Below, in pieces: positions 19,711 to 29,149 of a stretch of DNA of 64,000 bases. Positions within the stretch are counted from its first letter, which is position 1. The number at the start of each line of letters is the position of its first letter. The notes under the pieces are model-generated. The model did not search any database. It was not told the DNA's origin and saw only the letters and a program-made list of their open reading frames with translations. The DNA is from Candidatus Micrarchaeia archaeon (lineage in GTDB: Archaea > Micrarchaeota > Micrarchaeia > Micrarchaeales > CABMGC01). The stretch covers positions 25,712 through 89,711 of the forward strand of contig JBMFIM010000001.1 in NCBI GenBank assembly GCA_049976305.1, read 5' to 3'. Both the position numbers and the translations under genes were made by a program.

Positions 19711-20130
19711 ATGCAGAAGGTTTGGGGTAAAAGCAAGAGGGGATGGCTTAAGCCAATAATCATAGCGCTGCTCAGGCGATCGCCCAAAACCGGAAGCGAG
19801 ATCATGGACGAGATAGAGAGGCTCAGCTTCGGCTGGTGGAGGCCAAGTCCGGGCTCAATCTATCCGACACTCTACGAGCTTGAAAAGGAAGGGCTAATCA
19901 AGAAAAAACAATCGGGTAAATACGAGCTTACAGCCGAAGGCAGAGAGGTCATTTACCCATGGGAGAGCAGGTTTTATGCCAGAGGCGAAAGCCTTGATGG
20001 CCTGATAGCAGAAATCGACGGATACGTATCCTATCTTGAGGACATAAGCAAGGACCACAAAGAAGAGCTTCGTGAAAAGGCAAAACAACTTCAAGACATA
20101 TGCAAGAGGCTTGAAAGGCTGACAAGGTGA
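19711..20130 (+). CDS. PadR-family transcriptional regulator
   Basis: IIALLRRSPKTGSEIMDEIERLSFGWWRPSPGSIYPTLYELEKEGLI is the PadR wHTH signature. Confidence 0.85.
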   Translation: MQKVWGKSKRGWLKPIIIALLRRSPKTGSEIMDEIERLSFGWWRPSPGSIYPTLYELEKEGLIKKKQSGKYELTAEGREVIYPWESRFYARGESLDGLIAEIDGYVSYLEDISKDHKEELREKAKQLQDICKRLERLTR

Positions 20131-21137
20131 AATTAATGGTAGAGTATGCTATTGAAATAGACCATCTTACCAAAAAGTTTGGGGACTTCACAGCAGTAAA
20201 CGATATTAGCTTGAAAATAGAGAAGGGAGAGATCTTTGGCTTGCTGGGGCCTAATGGCGCGGGCAAAAGCACAACCATAAACATGCTTCTAGGCCTTATA
20301 GAGCCGACAAGCGGGACGATAATAGTAGAGGGCAAGGACATAAGAAAAAAATTAAACGAGGTAAAGCAGGATATTGGCCTGGTGATGCAAGAAACAATAG
20401 TCGAGCCAGAGCTTACAGCAGAACAAAACCTCAGGCTTTTTGGCAAGCTTTACCATATGAGCGAAGAAGAAATAGAAAAGAAAATACCGTTTTTGTTGGA
20501 CCTTGCTGGATTGACAGAGTTCAGGCACGCGTATGCTGGCACATTTTCTGGGGGTATGAAAAGAAGGCTGGAAACTGTAAAATCTCTCATTCACGACCCC
20601 AAGATTCTTGTACTTGACGAGCCTACAACCGGGTTGGACATACAAAATAGAGCCAAGGTATGGGATCTAATCCGAAAGATAAACAAGGAAAAGGGCGTGA
20701 CTGTGCTCATGACAACCCAGTATTTGGAGGAAGCAGACGAAATGTGCAATAGAATTGCAATAATAGACCATGGCAGAATAGTAGCACTAGGGACACCTAC
20801 AGAACTTAAGCATCAAATAGGAAAGAATGTAGTAGTTGAAGTTGCAACATCAAGACAATGGCTAGATAAAGTAGCAGAATTCCTTAAGAAAATAACAGGC
20901 GAGAAGGTAACAACTTCTGGGGATAGGGTCAGTGTTGCAATAAGCGGCGAGGCTGTAAAGAAAACAGAACAGATAATGAACGAACTCTCAAGGAACAAGA
21001 TACCAATAAGCGGCATAAGCATGCATGAGCCAACTCTAGATGATGTTTTCTTGAAGCTAACTGGCACCTCTCTTAGAGATGCTGCTTCCAATGAGGCTTT
21101 TGCCTCTAGAAGGGAAATGCTGATGAGAAGAAGGTGA
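20127..21137 (+). CDS. ABC transporter ATP-binding protein (ABC-2/DrrA type)
   Basis: It has Walker A (GPNGAGKST), the signature FSGGMKRRL and Walker B (ILVLDEPT). The start overlaps the padR stop. Confidence 0.92.
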   Translation: MKLMVEYAIEIDHLTKKFGDFTAVNDISLKIEKGEIFGLLGPNGAGKSTTINMLLGLIEPTSGTIIVEGKDIRKKLNEVKQDIGLVMQETIVEPELTAEQNLRLFGKLYHMSEEEIEKKIPFLLDLAGLTEFRHAYAGTFSGGMKRRLETVKSLIHDPKILVLDEPTTGLDIQNRAKVWDLIRKINKEKGVTVLMTTQYLEEADEMCNRIAIIDHGRIVALGTPTELKHQIGKNVVVEVATSRQWLDKVAEFLKKITGEKVTTSGDRVSVAISGEAVKKTEQIMNELSRNKIPISGISMHEPTLDDVFLKLTGTSLRDAASNEAFASRREMLMRRR

Positions 21138-21141
21138 TTAG

Positions 21142-22236
21142 TTGGGTATATTGGAAGACGCATATACACTTTACATAAGGGACATGCTCATATTCAAGAA
21201 GAACTGGAAGACAAGCGTAGCAAGATCCATTATATTTCCGCTTACCCTTATTTTGCTTCTTGGTAATTTAGGAACTACAGTAAACCATGCACCAATTGCT
21301 GTGGTAAATCTGGCACAAAACCCTGAAGCCATGGAATTAATAAGCGACCTTAACAGTGTAAACACGCTCCGGATTTACGCATTGACAAACCAACAACAGG
21401 CCATGCAAATGCTTGCCAATGGCTATGTTACCTCTGTGGTGGTAATACCGCAAGGGTTTACCAGACACGGCCAAATATACATATATACAGATGTATCTTC
21501 CCCTATCGCTTCACAAGAAGCAGATGCAGCTATAGAGCAAGTAGCTGCAGGGTTCGGAGCAGAGGTAAGCAGCTACAGCAGAGGCGTTGCAATCAACACA
21601 AACTATGTTTACGGAGCGGGCAGCAACTACAAAAGTTTCCTAATCGCAGGCATAGTAATAATGGTAGCGGCATTCGGCTCGATGTGGAGCGGGGGCTTTA
21701 CCCTAATAACTGATAGACAGCTGGGCAACCTAAAGGCATTTATGGCAACGCCTGTGCACAAACTCTCAATACTCCTTGGCAAGATAGCATATGGCATATC
21801 GCAATCAATGATAAACGGTATGCTCGCACTCGCCATCGGTCTACTGTATGGCGGTGCTATAGCAAGCGGTTATGCCGGCCTACTTCCGATTATATGGTTT
21901 GCATTTTTGAGCGCCCTAGGCTTCAGCGGTGTAGCAACAGCGCTGGGTGCTAGGATAAACAAAATAGAAGTGTATTCGCTTATAGGCATGGCCATCACTT
22001 TGCCATTATGGATACTTTCCGGTGCTTTCTTACCAACAAGCACGCTGCCTAGGTTTATGCAACCTTTCAGCACTTACAATCCTATGACTTATGCAGTAAA
22101 CGCAGTTAGAGACGTGATGCTAAAAGGCGTCCTCCCAATTTCCACACTGATTTATTACTCGGCACTATTGATAGGCTTCGCAGCAGTAACGATTGCGATA
22201 AGCCTAATGCTATTCAAAAACGTAAATCCGGTGTAA
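21142..22236 (+). CDS. ABC-2 type transporter permease
   Basis: AGGTGA + 4 nt precedes the TTG start. There are 6 predicted TM helices with a large first external loop, which is the ABC-2 layout. Confidence 0.8.
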   Translation: MGILEDAYTLYIRDMLIFKKNWKTSVARSIIFPLTLILLLGNLGTTVNHAPIAVVNLAQNPEAMELISDLNSVNTLRIYALTNQQQAMQMLANGYVTSVVVIPQGFTRHGQIYIYTDVSSPIASQEADAAIEQVAAGFGAEVSSYSRGVAINTNYVYGAGSNYKSFLIAGIVIMVAAFGSMWSGGFTLITDRQLGNLKAFMATPVHKLSILLGKIAYGISQSMINGMLALAIGLLYGGAIASGYAGLLPIIWFAFLSALGFSGVATALGARINKIEVYSLIGMAITLPLWILSGAFLPTSTLPRFMQPFSTYNPMTYAVNAVRDVMLKGVLPISTLIYYSALLIGFAAVTIAISLMLFKNVNPV

Positions 22237-22238
22237 AC

Positions 22239-23780
22239 ATGAAACCCTTCATCACTATGATTACGCTGGCTTTATTATTAGGCTTCGCCAGCGCACAGAT
22301 AAACGGGGCACTCTCGATAGCAAATTTGGCAGTTACACCCAATCCAGCAATAGCAGGAAGTAATATAACAATAATTTTCCAGCTATACAACTCCTATGAC
22401 AATTCGCTCAAAAACATAAACATGCACCTAGAAGGCACGTATCCCTTGCTTAACTTCTCTCCCTCTGGCACATATGAAATAAGCAGCGTAGGGCAAGGGT
22501 TGTCAGAAATATACACATATACTCTTCACATTCCCAAAACCGCACAGGAGGGGACCTATACGCTTAACCTCGTTGCTACCTACGAAACTGCCTCGCCTAT
22601 AATAGGGGGCAGCGAGGAAATAGGCAGTTCGATAATGCCAATAACAATATTCATCTACAACTTTCCAAACATCACCATAAATGCAGCAATGCAGGCTATT
22701 CCTGGCAGCGAAGCGCAAGCAGGAATTACAATAAGCAACGTAGGTTATGGGAATGCAAGGAACGTGCATTTGATCTTGCTAAACTCCACATACTTTACCC
22801 CGTTAGGAGCCAAATCTTTTAGCTTAGGCACCGTACCTCCTTCTGCGACCTTGCAACAAGTAGCGCAGTATTATGTTTCAAGAAATATAACGAGCGGAGA
22901 ACACCGTCTTGCTTTCCTAGTAAACTATACCACAGATACAAACCAAACAATAAGCAGGCTTGTCTATGCTTATGTAGAAGTAAAAATCAATAAGCCAGCA
23001 ATAAAAGTGAATGTAGCAAGCGCACAGCCGCAGACATTATCTCCTGGCTACAATCAGACAGTTATGCTCTCCATCCAAAATACAGGCACTGGCATAGCAA
23101 GGAACATAACAATAAGCCTATATCCAGGAAATGGAACGGTGCTCTTGAGCTCTATACGAAACTACTTTATAAGCTCGCTCGAGCCTTCTGCGGTTCAGCA
23201 AATACCTGTACTAGTAGGTGCTAATGGAGGGGCAGGCAAGGCAGAAATAATAGCTAACGTCACCTACTACTCTGCAAACTACGATGAGTCGTTTGCGTCT
23301 AGACAACTCCTTAACCTTACCTTATTCCCAATTGCGCAGTTTACCATAATTGGGGAAAAGTCTGCACTATATCCTGGGGCAACCGATGTACCAGTAACGC
23401 TGGAAGTAGAAAACACAGGAAATGAAGAAGCAGATAACATACAGTTTAGCATGCAAAGTGTTTACCCAATATCCCCAATAGCAAGCACATACTACTTGGC
23501 AAAGCTTATGCCGGGCCAGATCGCCAACATAACTTTCTTGGCAAGCGCCGATTCGCAAGGTGAGCCTGGAAGCTATCCTATAACAGTATTTGCAGAGTGG
23601 AAGCAGCCAAACGGTGCCATAAACCAAGAGTATACTGGCACAATCAATTACTTTGCAACAGTTTCTGCCACTGCCAGTAACGGGAGCCTCTACGATGGCC
23701 TAGTCATAATTGCAATAGTAGTAATAGTTTTGGCATATGCTGCGCTAAAGGCGCATTCCAAAGCCAGAAGGAAGAGATAA
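22239..23780 (+). CDS. S-layer-like / COG1361 (CARDB-like repeat) surface protein, C-terminally anchored
   Basis: It has a signal peptide and repeated beta-sandwich-like modules (..ISNVGYGNARNV.., ..IQNTGTGIARNI.., ..VENTGNEEADNI..). More than 15 N-x-S/T sequons are present. A C-terminal TM helix is followed by KARRKR. Confidence 0.65.
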   Translation: MKPFITMITLALLLGFASAQINGALSIANLAVTPNPAIAGSNITIIFQLYNSYDNSLKNINMHLEGTYPLLNFSPSGTYEISSVGQGLSEIYTYTLHIPKTAQEGTYTLNLVATYETASPIIGGSEEIGSSIMPITIFIYNFPNITINAAMQAIPGSEAQAGITISNVGYGNARNVHLILLNSTYFTPLGAKSFSLGTVPPSATLQQVAQYYVSRNITSGEHRLAFLVNYTTDTNQTISRLVYAYVEVKINKPAIKVNVASAQPQTLSPGYNQTVMLSIQNTGTGIARNITISLYPGNGTVLLSSIRNYFISSLEPSAVQQIPVLVGANGGAGKAEIIANVTYYSANYDESFASRQLLNLTLFPIAQFTIIGEKSALYPGATDVPVTLEVENTGNEEADNIQFSMQSVYPISPIASTYYLAKLMPGQIANITFLASADSQGEPGSYPITVFAEWKQPNGAINQEYTGTINYFATVSATASNGSLYDGLVIIAIVVIVLAYAALKAHSKARRKR

Positions 23781-23819
23781 AGAAAAGCATTATAAAAGTT
23801 CATAAGCAAAAAGAGAAAC

Positions 23820-23975
23820 ATGGCACAACTTACTTCGCCAGCACAGCAGGCAGGCATACTTAGCTTTTATGATGCGCCAGAAAAGGGGCCAAGGATAGGC
23901 GTAAAGACATTGCTGCTTGCTGTTTTGATTTTTACGCTGTTGATAATCATATTTGACAAAGTACTGGTTGTGTAG
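23820..23975 (+). CDS. secG: Protein translocase subunit Sec61 beta / archaeal SecG
   Basis: This 51-aa ORF is below the ORF-track cutoff. Its sequence is MAQLTSPAQQAGILSFYDAPEKGPRIGVKTLLLAVLIFTLLIIIFDKVLVV. The AGl.rYyD..gPki motif plus a single TM helix is typical of Sec61 beta. Confidence 0.7.
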   Translation: MAQLTSPAQQAGILSFYDAPEKGPRIGVKTLLLAVLIFTLLIIIFDKVLVV

Positions 23976-23983
23976 ATAAGTTC

Positions 23984-24806
23984 ATGCTCGCTCCGATTCA
24001 ATATATCTTTGCAATTATTTCTGGAGTGATTGTTGGATTTTCGCTAGGCTTAATAGGAGGAGGCGGATCTATTCTCGCAGTTCCCTCTTTCTTTACTTTG
24101 TGGGCTTAGATCAATGCCAGACGCTGTACATATTGTTGTTGGCACTACTGCACTTGCAGTGGGAATAAATGCCTATATTAATTCCTATATGCATTTGAGA
24201 AAAAAGAATGTGGCAATAAGAGTAGGTGGCCTGTTTGCAATAATTGGCATTTTTGGCTCCTTGCTGGGCGCGTATCTGGGAAGAATAACTCCTGGCACAG
24301 ACTTGCTTACTTACTTTGCAATCAGCATGATAGTGCTAGGCATTTATATGACTCTAAGAAAAGAGCCTACATTTACAGGAACCAAGGAGGAAGCATTGAG
24401 ACTAAGAAAAGCTACACAAAAATACCCAAAGCTGAATGCAAAGAGTGCGGCTAAGGTAAGCGCATTGGGATTTATTGTAGGCGTGGTTAGCGGATATTTT
24501 GGAATAGGAGGTGGCTTCTTAATAGTACCTTCGCTGATGTTTTCTTCTGGGCTGTGCATAACAAGGGCCATAGGCACCAGCTTAATAAGCGTTGGTAGCT
24601 TTGGAGTTGCTAGCGGTCTAGAATATGCTGCATTTGGAGATGTTCTTTTCATGGTTTCTCTCCTTTATATCGTTGGAGGAGTAGGCGGCGGCTATCTTGG
24701 AACTTCGCTAGCTGTAAAGGCGCCTAAGAAAGCCTTGCGAATAGCATATGGAATAATTATTGTACTTGTTGGAATTTACATTCTTTTCAAGGTCGGTGTA
24801 TTCTGA
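23984..24806 (+). pseudogene. TauE/SafE (DUF81) family anion exporter, reading frame broken once (+1) near 24100
   Basis: The ATG at 23984 gives ..GFSLGLIGGGGSILAVPSFFTLWA then a stop at 24107-24109. The rest (..GLRSMPDAVHIVVGTTALAV.. to 24806) is in the +1 frame (track ORF 24114..24806). Together the two parts form one normal-length TauE protein. Confidence 0.65.
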
Positions 24807-24854
24807 CATCCTCCCACGAATAAATCGTAGGCTTTCTGCTAAGCATTCTGTAAG

Positions 24855-25691
24855 CTATTCGACAAGCGCAAAAACATCTTTTCTGTTTTCGGTCACATCG
24901 CCCTGCTCAGCCAACAGGTAGAGCGTCCCTCTTATCGCTTCCTCATCCTGATGCAACAGGGTTGCAAGCTCACTCACTTTCTTGGGCCCGTTCTTTAGCT
25001 GCTTGACTAGTTCAGTTCCAAGCTTGTCAAAAAACGACTTCATGAATATGTAGTACTTTTTGTTGAACGCCCTTGTACCTATAACTTGGCCCTGCCTTAT
25101 GCTTTCAGACACCGCCATTGACAAAGCGGCAGCTTCAGCCTCTGTAGGCAAAACAACATACCCTTTGCTCTCCAGCGCTTTTACATTCTCGTTTTCTATG
25201 CCGGGCTTCACTTTAAGCAACGTCGGCTCGACTTCCCCCCATGCACGAGCCTGGTCTATCTCCTCCTTCTCCTTTGGCTTTTTCCTCAACAAGAAGGTAT
25301 CGTAAACATGCTTTGAAATGCTGTAAAGCTTCTCCTTCCTCTTTTCATCGTTGTATAGCACTACTGCTTTCTTAGCGATTAGACTTGACAAAACCTTCTT
25401 TTCGCTCTCGTTAAGCAAGCCCGCTACCCTTTGCTCGGTTCTTGAAGGATATCTAATAGTATCTAACTTTTTGAGAACGTCAAGTTCTTCTTTTGTGAAT
25501 TCTCCGGGCTCTGCAGATGGCTGACTAGAGGAGAGCAGTGACACTACATCTTCCTTCTTTGCAAACAAAAATGCGTTATCGCTAAACTTGAAAAAATCAA
25601 CCTCGTCGTTTTGGTTAAGGTGAAGTTGCGCGACAACATCATAGGGGATGTAGATTAAGTATTTGTTATCCTTTTTGTAGACCTTTACCGT
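24855..25691 (-). CDS. Putative DNA-binding protein: AbrB/SpoVT-like N-terminus and C-terminal winged helix
   Basis: The track ORF is 24855..25568 with a TTG start. The frame stays open to 25703 and encodes TVKVYKKDNKYLIYIPYDVVAQLHLNQNDEVDFFKFSDNAF, which looks like a swapped-hairpin domain. GGGTG + 5 nt precedes the in-frame ACG at 25691. The C-terminus GPKKVSELATLLHQDEEAIRGTLYLLAEQG is wHTH-like. Confidence 0.55.
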   Translation of the reverse strand, partial: TVKVYKKDNKYLIYIPYDVVAQLHLNQNDEVDFFKFSDNAFLFAKKEDVVSLLSSSQPSAEPGEFTKEELDVLKKLDTIRYPSRTEQRVAGLLNESEKKVLSSLIAKKAVVLYNDEKRKEKLYSISKHVYDTFLLRKKPKEKEEIDQARAWGEVEPTLLKVKPGIENENVKALESKGYVVLPTEAEAAALSMAVSESIRQGQVIGTRAFNKKYYIFMKSFFDKLGTELVKQLKNGPKKVSELATLLHQDEEAIRGTLYLLAEQGDVTENRKDVFALVE

Positions 25692-25701
25692 ATGGACACC
25701 C

Positions 25702-25709
25702 TTTTAAAA
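25702..25709 (+). promoter_or_regulatory. TATA-box-like element for nnr (leaderless start at 25730)
   Basis: TTTTAAAA is centred about 25 nt upstream of the ATG at 25730. Confidence 0.3.
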
Positions 25710-25729
25710 TGTATTCTACGTTATATGGT

Positions 25730-27262
25730 TGTATGCAAGACTTAAAATGGTTTTCTAAATTCACAAAACAGACGCTTAGTTCAGAAGAAATGAAAGTAGT
25801 GGAACTTAATGCTGAGAATCTGGGAATTACTGAGTTGCAAATGATGGAAAGCGCAGGCAAAGCAGTGGCAGACTTCGTAGAACAGCATTTTAAAGACAGG
25901 AAAAACCTACTTGTGCTATGCGGCAGCGGCAATAATGGTGGCGATGGCTTTGTAACTGCGAGATACCTTAGCAAAAACCATAATGTTGTAGTTGGGATCG
26001 CTGGTGGTAGGGAGAAGATAAAAGGGGCTTCTTCCCTTATAAACCTGAAAGCGCTCGAAGCTTGCGGAGTGGAACTAGTAGAAAATGTAGAATATGAACT
26101 TAGAACGCGGCTTGACCATGCAGACTTAGTAGTTGACGCTTTGGTAGGGACAGGATTCCACGGTTCGCTGAGAAGCCCTCTAAAAGAGATAGCTAGAATG
26201 TTAAACAATTCGAAAAAAGAGGTAGTGGCGATAGACCTTCCATCTGGGCTCGACGCCACAACTGGATATGAGAAAGAAGCGGTAAAGGCTACATATACAG
26301 TAACATTCCATAAAATGAAAGAAGGCCTGCTAAAATCTAAAAAGGCAGGGAAGATTGTTTGCTCAGATATAGGAATACCGCTAAAGGCTGAAGTTTTTAC
26401 CGGACCTGGAGATCTGTGGAGGGCAGTACCAAAGAAAGAGCTGTTTGATAATAAACTTAGCCATGGACGAGTCCTAATATTAGGAGGCAGTGAAGAGTTT
26501 TACGGCGCGCCTTCAATGGCTGCGATTGCTGCGTACAACGCGCTTGCTACTTTAAGGTCTGGTGCTGGCTATGTCGTATTAATGGTACCTAACTCTATTC
26601 TGAAAGTTGCTAGAGAAGTGTCTCCCAACTTAATAGTAAGAGCTGCAGGAGAAGACTATATTACAAACCTAAAAGCCATAAAACAAGAGATAGACAAAAG
26701 CAGCGTAATAGGAATTGGAATGGGAATAGGGCGTAGCATAGAGGTTCTTGAAGCCACAAAAGAAATCATAAAATACGCACTTGATAAAAACAAAAGGCTT
26801 GTAATAGATGCGGATGCACTCTACGCCTTGGGAAGAAGCCCCTTAAACAAGAATGCCGTACTCACTCCTCAGGAAAAGGAGTTTGAAACTCTTTATGGAA
26901 GAAAGCCTGAGGCAGAGATTGATAAAAGGGTAAGACAAGCAATCAAACTTGCCAACACATTAAATGCAGTAGTTGCATTGAAGGGTCATATTACTGTAAT
27001 AACCGATGGAAAGCAAGTAAAGCTTAATGAGACAGAAACTGCTGCACTGGCGACCATGGGAACCGGAGATGTGTTAACAGGTATTATTGCAGGTTTTGCA
27101 ACTAATAACGCTCAATCAATGTTCAACATTACAGCAGGAGCCATATATCTCCATGGAAGAATTGGAGATGTATTAGCAAAAGAGAAAGGGACGCACATAC
27201 TAGCTAGTGATCTTATAGATCAAATTCCACTCATAGCTGCGCAATATAGTGCTGTGGTTTGA
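25730..27262 (+). CDS. nnr: Bifunctional NAD(P)H-hydrate repair enzyme Nnr (YjeF_N epimerase + ADP-dependent dehydratase)
   Basis: The N-domain has LMESAG..CGSGNNGGDGFV. The C-domain has GGSEEFYGAP...GTGDVLTGIIAGF. The ORF opens at 25709, and ATG 25730 fits the TATA spacing. Confidence 0.9.
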   Translation, partial: CMQDLKWFSKFTKQTLSSEEMKVVELNAENLGITELQMMESAGKAVADFVEQHFKDRKNLLVLCGSGNNGGDGFVTARYLSKNHNVVVGIAGGREKIKGASSLINLKALEACGVELVENVEYELRTRLDHADLVVDALVGTGFHGSLRSPLKEIARMLNNSKKEVVAIDLPSGLDATTGYEKEAVKATYTVTFHKMKEGLLKSKKAGKIVCSDIGIPLKAEVFTGPGDLWRAVPKKELFDNKLSHGRVLILGGSEEFYGAPSMAAIAAYNALATLRSGAGYVVLMVPNSILKVAREVSPNLIVRAAGEDYITNLKAIKQEIDKSSVIGIGMGIGRSIEVLEATKEIIKYALDKNKRLVIDADALYALGRSPLNKNAVLTPQEKEFETLYGRKPEAEIDKRVRQAIKLANTLNAVVALKGHITVITDGKQVKLNETETAALATMGTGDVLTGIIAGFATNNAQSMFNITAGAIYLHGRIGDVLAKEKGTHILASDLIDQIPLIAAQYSAVV

Positions 27263-29148
27263 TGACTGCCCCTATTGCTTTAATGAAAACAGCATTCGTT
27301 GCGAGTCTAAAGAAGGCAATAGAAACTGCATTCAAAAGTCTTGAGGTAGAAGCGCTTAAAATCGAAGATACAATACTTATACCTGAAGAGGGATTCGGTG
27401 ATTTGAGCACATCTGTGTCTTTTAAGATTAGCAAAATAGTAAAAAGAAAACCCAGTGAGATAGCTAAAGAGATTATTGAAAAAATGGGAAAGCCTTCTTT
27501 CGCTAGTAAGCTAGAAGAAGCAAATGGTTACATAAACCTGTTTTTCAATGAAAGAGAGTATGCAAAGCTAGTCATAGAAACAGTAATTGAAGAAGGCGAT
27601 TTTTATGGCTCTGCTAACATAGGAGAAGACAAAAAGGTGCTTGTTGAGTATCCAAGTGTCAACCCAACAAAGCCTTGGCATATAGGCCACCTTAGAAATG
27701 CTCTCCTTGGCGATTCGATTGCTAACTTGCTAGAATTTTGCGGCTACAAGGTAGAAAGAGAAGACTATATAGACGACTTAGGCTTGCAAGTAGCTGAAAC
27801 GCTATGGGGAATAAAGCACTTAGGAAGCAGTCCAAAAGGCATGAAGTTTGACAGATTTCTCGGAGAACAGTATGTAGATGTAAATAAGAGGCTTTCAGAA
27901 AACCCAGAAGTTGAAAAGGAAATCGGCGAAATATTAAAGAAGATGGAAGCTGGCAACACCGAAGAGGCTCGAATGGCGAGAGAAGTGTCTGAGAGATGCG
28001 TAAGGGCGCAGTACCAGACCGCATATTCATATGGCCTTTACCATGACGTTCTTATATGGGAAAGCGATATTGTAAAAAGCAAGCTCCTAGATAAAGCCAA
28101 AATACTTGCGCAGGAAAAAGGGGTCATAGAAAACATTAACGAAGGAAAGTACAAGGGCTGCATTGTACTCGATTTGGAAAAGGTGAAAGGCGTTGCAAAG
28201 GAGTTTGAAAACCCGAAAGAAAAATACAAGGTGCTTATCAGAAGCAATGGTGTTGCAACGTACGCAATGAAGGATTTCGCATTCCACTTATGGAAGTTCG
28301 GCGAAATAAAGGCAGAGATAACCTTTGAACTTTTTGACAAACAGCCAAACGGAAAGCAGCTATATAGCAGCTCGCCAAATGGCAAATATATGGAATTTGG
28401 CAATGCAGATATGGTAATAAACATAATTGACAGAAGCCAGAGCCACGAACAGGCTTCAGTAAAGGCGCTGCTATCGCTTGTGGCCAGTGGCAACAAGCAA
28501 CTTATTCACCTTCCATATGGGGTCGTAAGGCTAGCTAGTGGCACATTAAGTGGGAGGCGAGGAGGCTGGCTTGGCGAGCGAGAATATACCGCTGACGAAT
28601 TACTCAAAGAAGCGACAATTAAAACTTTGGAGAAAACAAAAGAAAGCAGTAAGCTTGCACAAGGTGAGGTTGAAAAAACTGCAAAGGAAGTTGCGCTAGC
28701 GGCTATAAAATTTGAGTATTTGCGTGTTTCTCCTGAAAAGGACATTGTGTTCGATTGGGAAAGGGCTCTAAATCTTGAGGCGAATAGTGGGCCATATGTT
28801 CTTTATACTTATGCAAGGGCCAGCAGCATACTGGAAAAGGGCGGCTTTGAGCTAATGCCACCGAATGGAAAGGCTTATGAGTTTCTTACTAGGGAAGAAG
28901 ATTACGAGCTTGTAAAGCATATCGCCGTATTTCCAGAAGTAGTAGAAAGAGCATGCAAGGAATTGAAACCAAACCTTATTACAAACTACCTAATCGATAT
29001 TGCAACAATATTTAGCAAATTCTATGAGAAGATGCCAGTAATCAAGAGCGAAGCCAGGGAGTTAAGGCTCTCACTGGTATATGCAACCAAACAAGTTATA
29101 AAAAACGGCCTTGCCCTTCTCGGAGTACACGCCTTAGAAGCCCTTTAA
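27262..29148 (+). CDS. argS: Arginyl-tRNA synthetase
   Basis: It carries VEYPSVNPTKPWHIGHLRNALLGDSIANLL (HIGH) and an anticodon-binding C-terminus. GTGG + 4 nt precedes the ATG at 27262, which overlaps the nnr stop. Confidence 0.93.
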   Translation: MTAPIALMKTAFVASLKKAIETAFKSLEVEALKIEDTILIPEEGFGDLSTSVSFKISKIVKRKPSEIAKEIIEKMGKPSFASKLEEANGYINLFFNEREYAKLVIETVIEEGDFYGSANIGEDKKVLVEYPSVNPTKPWHIGHLRNALLGDSIANLLEFCGYKVEREDYIDDLGLQVAETLWGIKHLGSSPKGMKFDRFLGEQYVDVNKRLSENPEVEKEIGEILKKMEAGNTEEARMAREVSERCVRAQYQTAYSYGLYHDVLIWESDIVKSKLLDKAKILAQEKGVIENINEGKYKGCIVLDLEKVKGVAKEFENPKEKYKVLIRSNGVATYAMKDFAFHLWKFGEIKAEITFELFDKQPNGKQLYSSSPNGKYMEFGNADMVINIIDRSQSHEQASVKALLSLVASGNKQLIHLPYGVVRLASGTLSGRRGGWLGEREYTADELLKEATIKTLEKTKESSKLAQGEVEKTAKEVALAAIKFEYLRVSPEKDIVFDWERALNLEANSGPYVLYTYARASSILEKGGFELMPPNGKAYEFLTREEDYELVKHIAVFPEVVERACKELKPNLITNYLIDIATIFSKFYEKMPVIKSEARELRLSLVYATKQVIKNGLALLGVHALEAL

Positions 29149-29149
29149 C

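Noticed and set aside
25666-26259. 197-aa minus-strand ORF overlapping the nnr 5' half
   Set aside because: It is antisense to the YjeF_N domain. It is also in a different frame from the AbrB-like gene, which really occupies 24855..25691.
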